The position numbers and the translations under genes were made by a program. This document shows positions 22,275 through 24,905 of a stretch of 24,905 bases of DNA, piece after piece (within the stretch, counting starts at the first letter, position 1; every line of letters starts with the position of its first letter). The notes beneath the pieces were generated by a model. The model was not told the DNA's origin. It worked only from the letters and a program-made list of their open reading frames with translations, and searched no databases. This DNA comes from an uncultured Candidatus Saccharibacteria bacterium (GTDB lineage Bacteria > Patescibacteriota > Saccharimonadia > Saccharimonadales > JAGQNJ01), in NCBI GenBank assembly GCA_964421475.1, contig CAYQXB010000001.1:1-24905 (forward strand), in the 5' to 3' direction.

Positions 22275-22924
22275 GGCTTTACAAATATATTAATTGTTAA
22301 TGCAAACGTAACCGATGGATTAATGTCGGAATCGCCAACTGGCTCAATCTTTACGCTGGTAACCTGTGCGGTACGACGGTTGTTTTCAAGATTACTCAAA
22401 AATTCCAGGAATTTGTAGTAACTAACCGGTTTGCCGGAATCAGGCACAATATTCATCCGCAGACTATACACTCCGCTGATACCATCAACCGCTTCGCCTT
22501 GGCTCACAGGAGCTTCTTTTTTGGATTGTTTTTGGTCGGCGCCTGGAGCATCGGGGTTTTGGTTGCCGGATGATTTGCTCGGCTTACTGCCAAGATTGGA
22601 GGTTGGAAAATCAATACTACTAATTTTAATACCGCTTTCGCCGGCCATGCGAATAATTTCGCGCACAGCTCGAGCTTGATCTTTGTCCTGAGGTACGATC
22701 GCCTTAACAGTCTTTTCGAGGTCTTCGTATTGCTGAATATCTTTTTCGGCTTGAACCAGCGATGTTTGTTGTTGATCGAGCAGGTATTCTTCGAGCCGCA
22801 GTTCAACTAATTTCCTCGACTCCTTGCTCAACAACTGATCGCCGAGTACGAGCAATCCAACCGCCATGCCCGCAAGGAGTACCAGCAAACCAATCATGCC
22901 AAAGAATACTTTTTTGCTACTCAT
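22271..22924 (-). CDS. pilO: Type IV pilus assembly protein PilO-like
   Basis: N-terminal TM helix, coiled coil, then IVPQDKD and YYKFLEFLSNLENNRRTAQVTSVKI; position after pilN. Confidence 0.8.
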   Translation of the reverse strand: MSSKKVFFGMIGLLVLLAGMAVGLLVLGDQLLSKESRKLVELRLEEYLLDQQQTSLVQAEKDIQQYEDLEKTVKAIVPQDKDQARAVREIIRMAGESGIKISSIDFPTSNLGSKPSKSSGNQNPDAPGADQKQSKKEAPVSQGEAVDGISGVYSLRMNIVPDSGKPVSYYKFLEFLSNLENNRRTAQVTSVKIEPVGDSDINPSVTFALTINIFVKP

Positions 22925-23580
22925 TACTGATCTCCCGCAGACTTGTTGATAAACAAGAACTGGTTTTCATCATTAAACAATGCGCGGAGCGTTGCGGTGC
23001 ATGGGTAATCCTGGCTGAGCGAATCTTCGGCTGATTGAGTGGTATTTGGCGGTGTCGAGGTTCCTGATGATTCCTCGTCATCTTCGGCGTTACAGCTAAC
23101 CGATACAATATCGACTTTTTGAAATAGTTTGTTGCCTTTGTCTTCGAGGTTAACTTGCACCTGCGTGGCAGTATCATAGTTTTTGGCGCGTACGGTTAGA
23201 TCAATGCCACCGCTGATTTCGCTGAGCTCAATGTTGGACAAAATTGCGCCGCTTGGCGTTACTGCTCCTACTTGTCGTAGTAGTTTCGAGAAGAGGACTT
23301 CTTTTTCGAGTACCTGCAAAATAAGCTTGAGATTGTTGGAGAACGTTTCGATGCGAACTTCGGTTTCTTCAAGATTCTGTGCTTTGAGATTGGAGCGTTT
23401 TTGGGCGATGCTCCGATTGTACTCGCGAGCAGTTTTATTAACATAAAAATAGCCCATGCCCCACATGCTGACCACCACAAGAATTACAGCTATCGCAGCA
23501 ATACATAAACGAAGGAGTTTTACGTTCCGACGAGCGTACATGATGCTGTCGCGCTGTTCTTTGGGCAGGAGATTGATCAT
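22924..23580 (-). CDS. pilN: Type IV pilus assembly protein PilN
   Basis: MINLLP N-terminal motif, TM helix, coiled coil, and FSKLLRQVGAVTPSGAILSNIEL. Confidence 0.92.
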   Translation of the reverse strand: MINLLPKEQRDSIMYARRNVKLLRLCIAAIAVILVVVSMWGMGYFYVNKTAREYNRSIAQKRSNLKAQNLEETEVRIETFSNNLKLILQVLEKEVLFSKLLRQVGAVTPSGAILSNIELSEISGGIDLTVRAKNYDTATQVQVNLEDKGNKLFQKVDIVSVSCNAEDDEESSGTSTPPNTTQSAEDSLSQDYPCTATLRALFNDENQFLFINKSAGDQ

Positions 23581-24647
23581 ACGAACAACTCCTTTGGATT
23601 AGCGAGTGCAAGACCAGCGACGCTCATGTACATGGTTCGTTGAATAGCGCCCGGCGGCTGAATGTGTCGAAATTCGATTTGCTCCCAGGGATTGCAGGTG
23701 CGAACCGGGAGGCGCAGGGCGTTGGTCATGTATTCGCTCAGGCCCGGAACATTGGCCCCACCACCGATGGTTACGACTTGCGCAATTTTGTGTTGTTGAT
23801 TCGAGGTGCGTTCTTCGTAGTAGCGGATCATGCGCTTTATTTCTTTGATGAGCTGCGCAAGGAGCGGATCGAGTGCGGTCTGGACTTGTGTTTGTTTTTT
23901 GCTAACGTTGAGTCCGTACTTTGCTTTGATAATACTTGCTTCCTGGCGGGATACACCCAAATTTTTACTGATCAGATTTGTGACATCGTCACCACCACCC
24001 GGAATGGTGCCCGTCACGACGATTCCTTGATCGTACACCGTAATATCAGATGAAACCGAACCAAAGTCGATAAGCACCGTCGGAACATCGTGAGTATCGG
24101 TGTAGGCGAACAATCGGCTACACGCGCTGGTGGTTGTTTCCATGGCTACCACCTCGAGTCCAAGTAGTTTGCCGAGCATCACGTACGAGTCGACTAGTTT
24201 TTTAGGCACAGCGACAGCCCAGACCTCAGTGTTTTTGTCTGATTTTCGGATGACTTCGTAATCAAGGTATAGATCGTCAATCGGCACCGGAATGTACTGT
24301 TCGGCTTCCAGTCGTACGGCGTCGGGGATGTCTTTGTTGGCGAGTTTTGGCAACATGAGCACGCGGCTAAATGTGCGGGCCGCTGGCACGGCAAATACCA
24401 CGCGCCGCGTGGAAATTTCACCGACAATGTTATTTTCGAACATGTCATGCAGGGCTTTGGCGATAGTTTCATGATCAACAATCACGCCATTTTCGATAGC
24501 TTTCGGATCGTAATCTGCAACGCCGTATCCTGAAACTACGTGGTGATTATTATGAGGAATGACTTGCATGACCTTGCCACTGCTGAAGCCAAGGTCTAGT
24601 CCGAACACGGGTTTATCTCGATAAAAATATGTATTTGTGGTGCCCAT
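23577..24647 (-). CDS. pilM: Type IV pilus assembly protein PilM
   Basis: FGLDLG, EAEQYIP, LIDFGS, IPGGGDD and IGGGANVPGL motifs (actin-like fold). Confidence 0.96.
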   Translation of the reverse strand: MGTTNTYFYRDKPVFGLDLGFSSGKVMQVIPHNNHHVVSGYGVADYDPKAIENGVIVDHETIAKALHDMFENNIVGEISTRRVVFAVPAARTFSRVLMLPKLANKDIPDAVRLEAEQYIPVPIDDLYLDYEVIRKSDKNTEVWAVAVPKKLVDSYVMLGKLLGLEVVAMETTTSACSRLFAYTDTHDVPTVLIDFGSVSSDITVYDQGIVVTGTIPGGGDDVTNLISKNLGVSRQEASIIKAKYGLNVSKKQTQVQTALDPLLAQLIKEIKRMIRYYEERTSNQQHKIAQVVTIGGGANVPGLSEYMTNALRLPVRTCNPWEQIEFRHIQPPGAIQRTMYMSVAGLALANPKELFV

Positions 24648-24674
24648 AATTAACCATAAGGGTATTCACTCTCT

Positions 24675-24683
24675 AGTATACCA
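24675..24683 (-). promoter_or_regulatory. Extended -10 promoter of the pilMNO operon
   Basis: TGgTATACT on the minus strand, 27 nt upstream of the pilM ATG. Confidence 0.6.
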
Positions 24684-24763
24684 AAGTAGCCTTGTAAAAC
24701 CGAAAACAGTACCACTTTTTGTCCGATCGGACACTTTTTGGGACTGTTTTTGTATAATATTCC

Positions 24764-24905
24764 TGAATTTAGTTCGATTCTGATCTGGAGGGGTAAGCCC
24801 CTCCTTTTTTGACGTATGACGTCACGAGGCGAAGCCGAGCTTTAGGGGGAGGAGATAGTATTTTTGAATTTAGTTCAAAATACTATCGGAGGGGTAAGCC
24901 CCTCC
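24764..24905 (+). repeat. Two-copy repeat with 101-bp period, each copy containing the palindrome GGAGGGGTAAGCCCCTCC
   Basis: TGAATTTAGTTC at 24764 and 24865; GGAGGGGTAAGCCCCTCC at 24787-24804 and 24888-24905. Copy 1 is followed by T6 (terminator-like). Truncated by the window end. Confidence 0.8.

Noticed and set aside
61-24474. Most short alternative-frame ORFs in the track (e.g. 999-1457, 3521-3841, 5526-6017, 15228-15617, 21794-22030, 22068-22418, 23640-24053)
   Set aside because: They overlap well-supported genes on the opposite strand or in another frame, or span palindromic DNA, and have no recognisable motifs.
24764-24905. CRISPR array
   Set aside because: Only two units, with a 101-bp period, composite repeats, and no cas genes in the window.
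1-24905. Alternative genetic code 25 (Gracilibacteria/Absconditabacteria)
   Set aside because: Conserved genes are full length under code 11, and several end at TGA (e.g. 5522, 8414, 19457, 19975).

Overview
The window looks like a Patescibacteria chromosome segment, most likely Saccharibacteria/TM7. This is inferred from gene content: a pilMNO(P) type IV pilus operon, a membrane-only ComEC, a lamin-tail-domain surface protein and a yebC-ruvCAB cluster. TGA is used as a stop, so the code is 11. From left to right it holds: the end of an Ig-like surface protein; three surface-glycan enzymes (GT2, pyruvyltransferase, tandem GT2); a GGDEF protein; an unannotated 35-aa pilin-like ORF; an L-amino-acid-ligase-like ATP-grasp gene divergent from rimB-like protease + rimK + DUF192; a membrane protein; a GNAT + M23 operon; tRNA-Lys(UUU) surrounded by fragments of itself and by hairpins; a SAM methyltransferase; comEC-yebC-LTD protein-ruvC-RAYT-ruvA-RibD/DHFR-like-ruvB-bPH protein; and the convergent pil operon. 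The strongest finding is a complete ribosome-dependent attenuator upstream of the GNAT + M23 operon. It has a leaderless 18-codon Lys-rich leader peptide missed by the ORF track, and mutually exclusive 1:2, 2:3 and 3:4 hairpins, two of them capped by UNCG tetraloops. The GNAT resembles beta-lysine N-acetyltransferases, and the leader lies about 560 bp downstream of tRNA-Lys. All family assignments come from motif recognition by eye; no database searches or folding programs were run.
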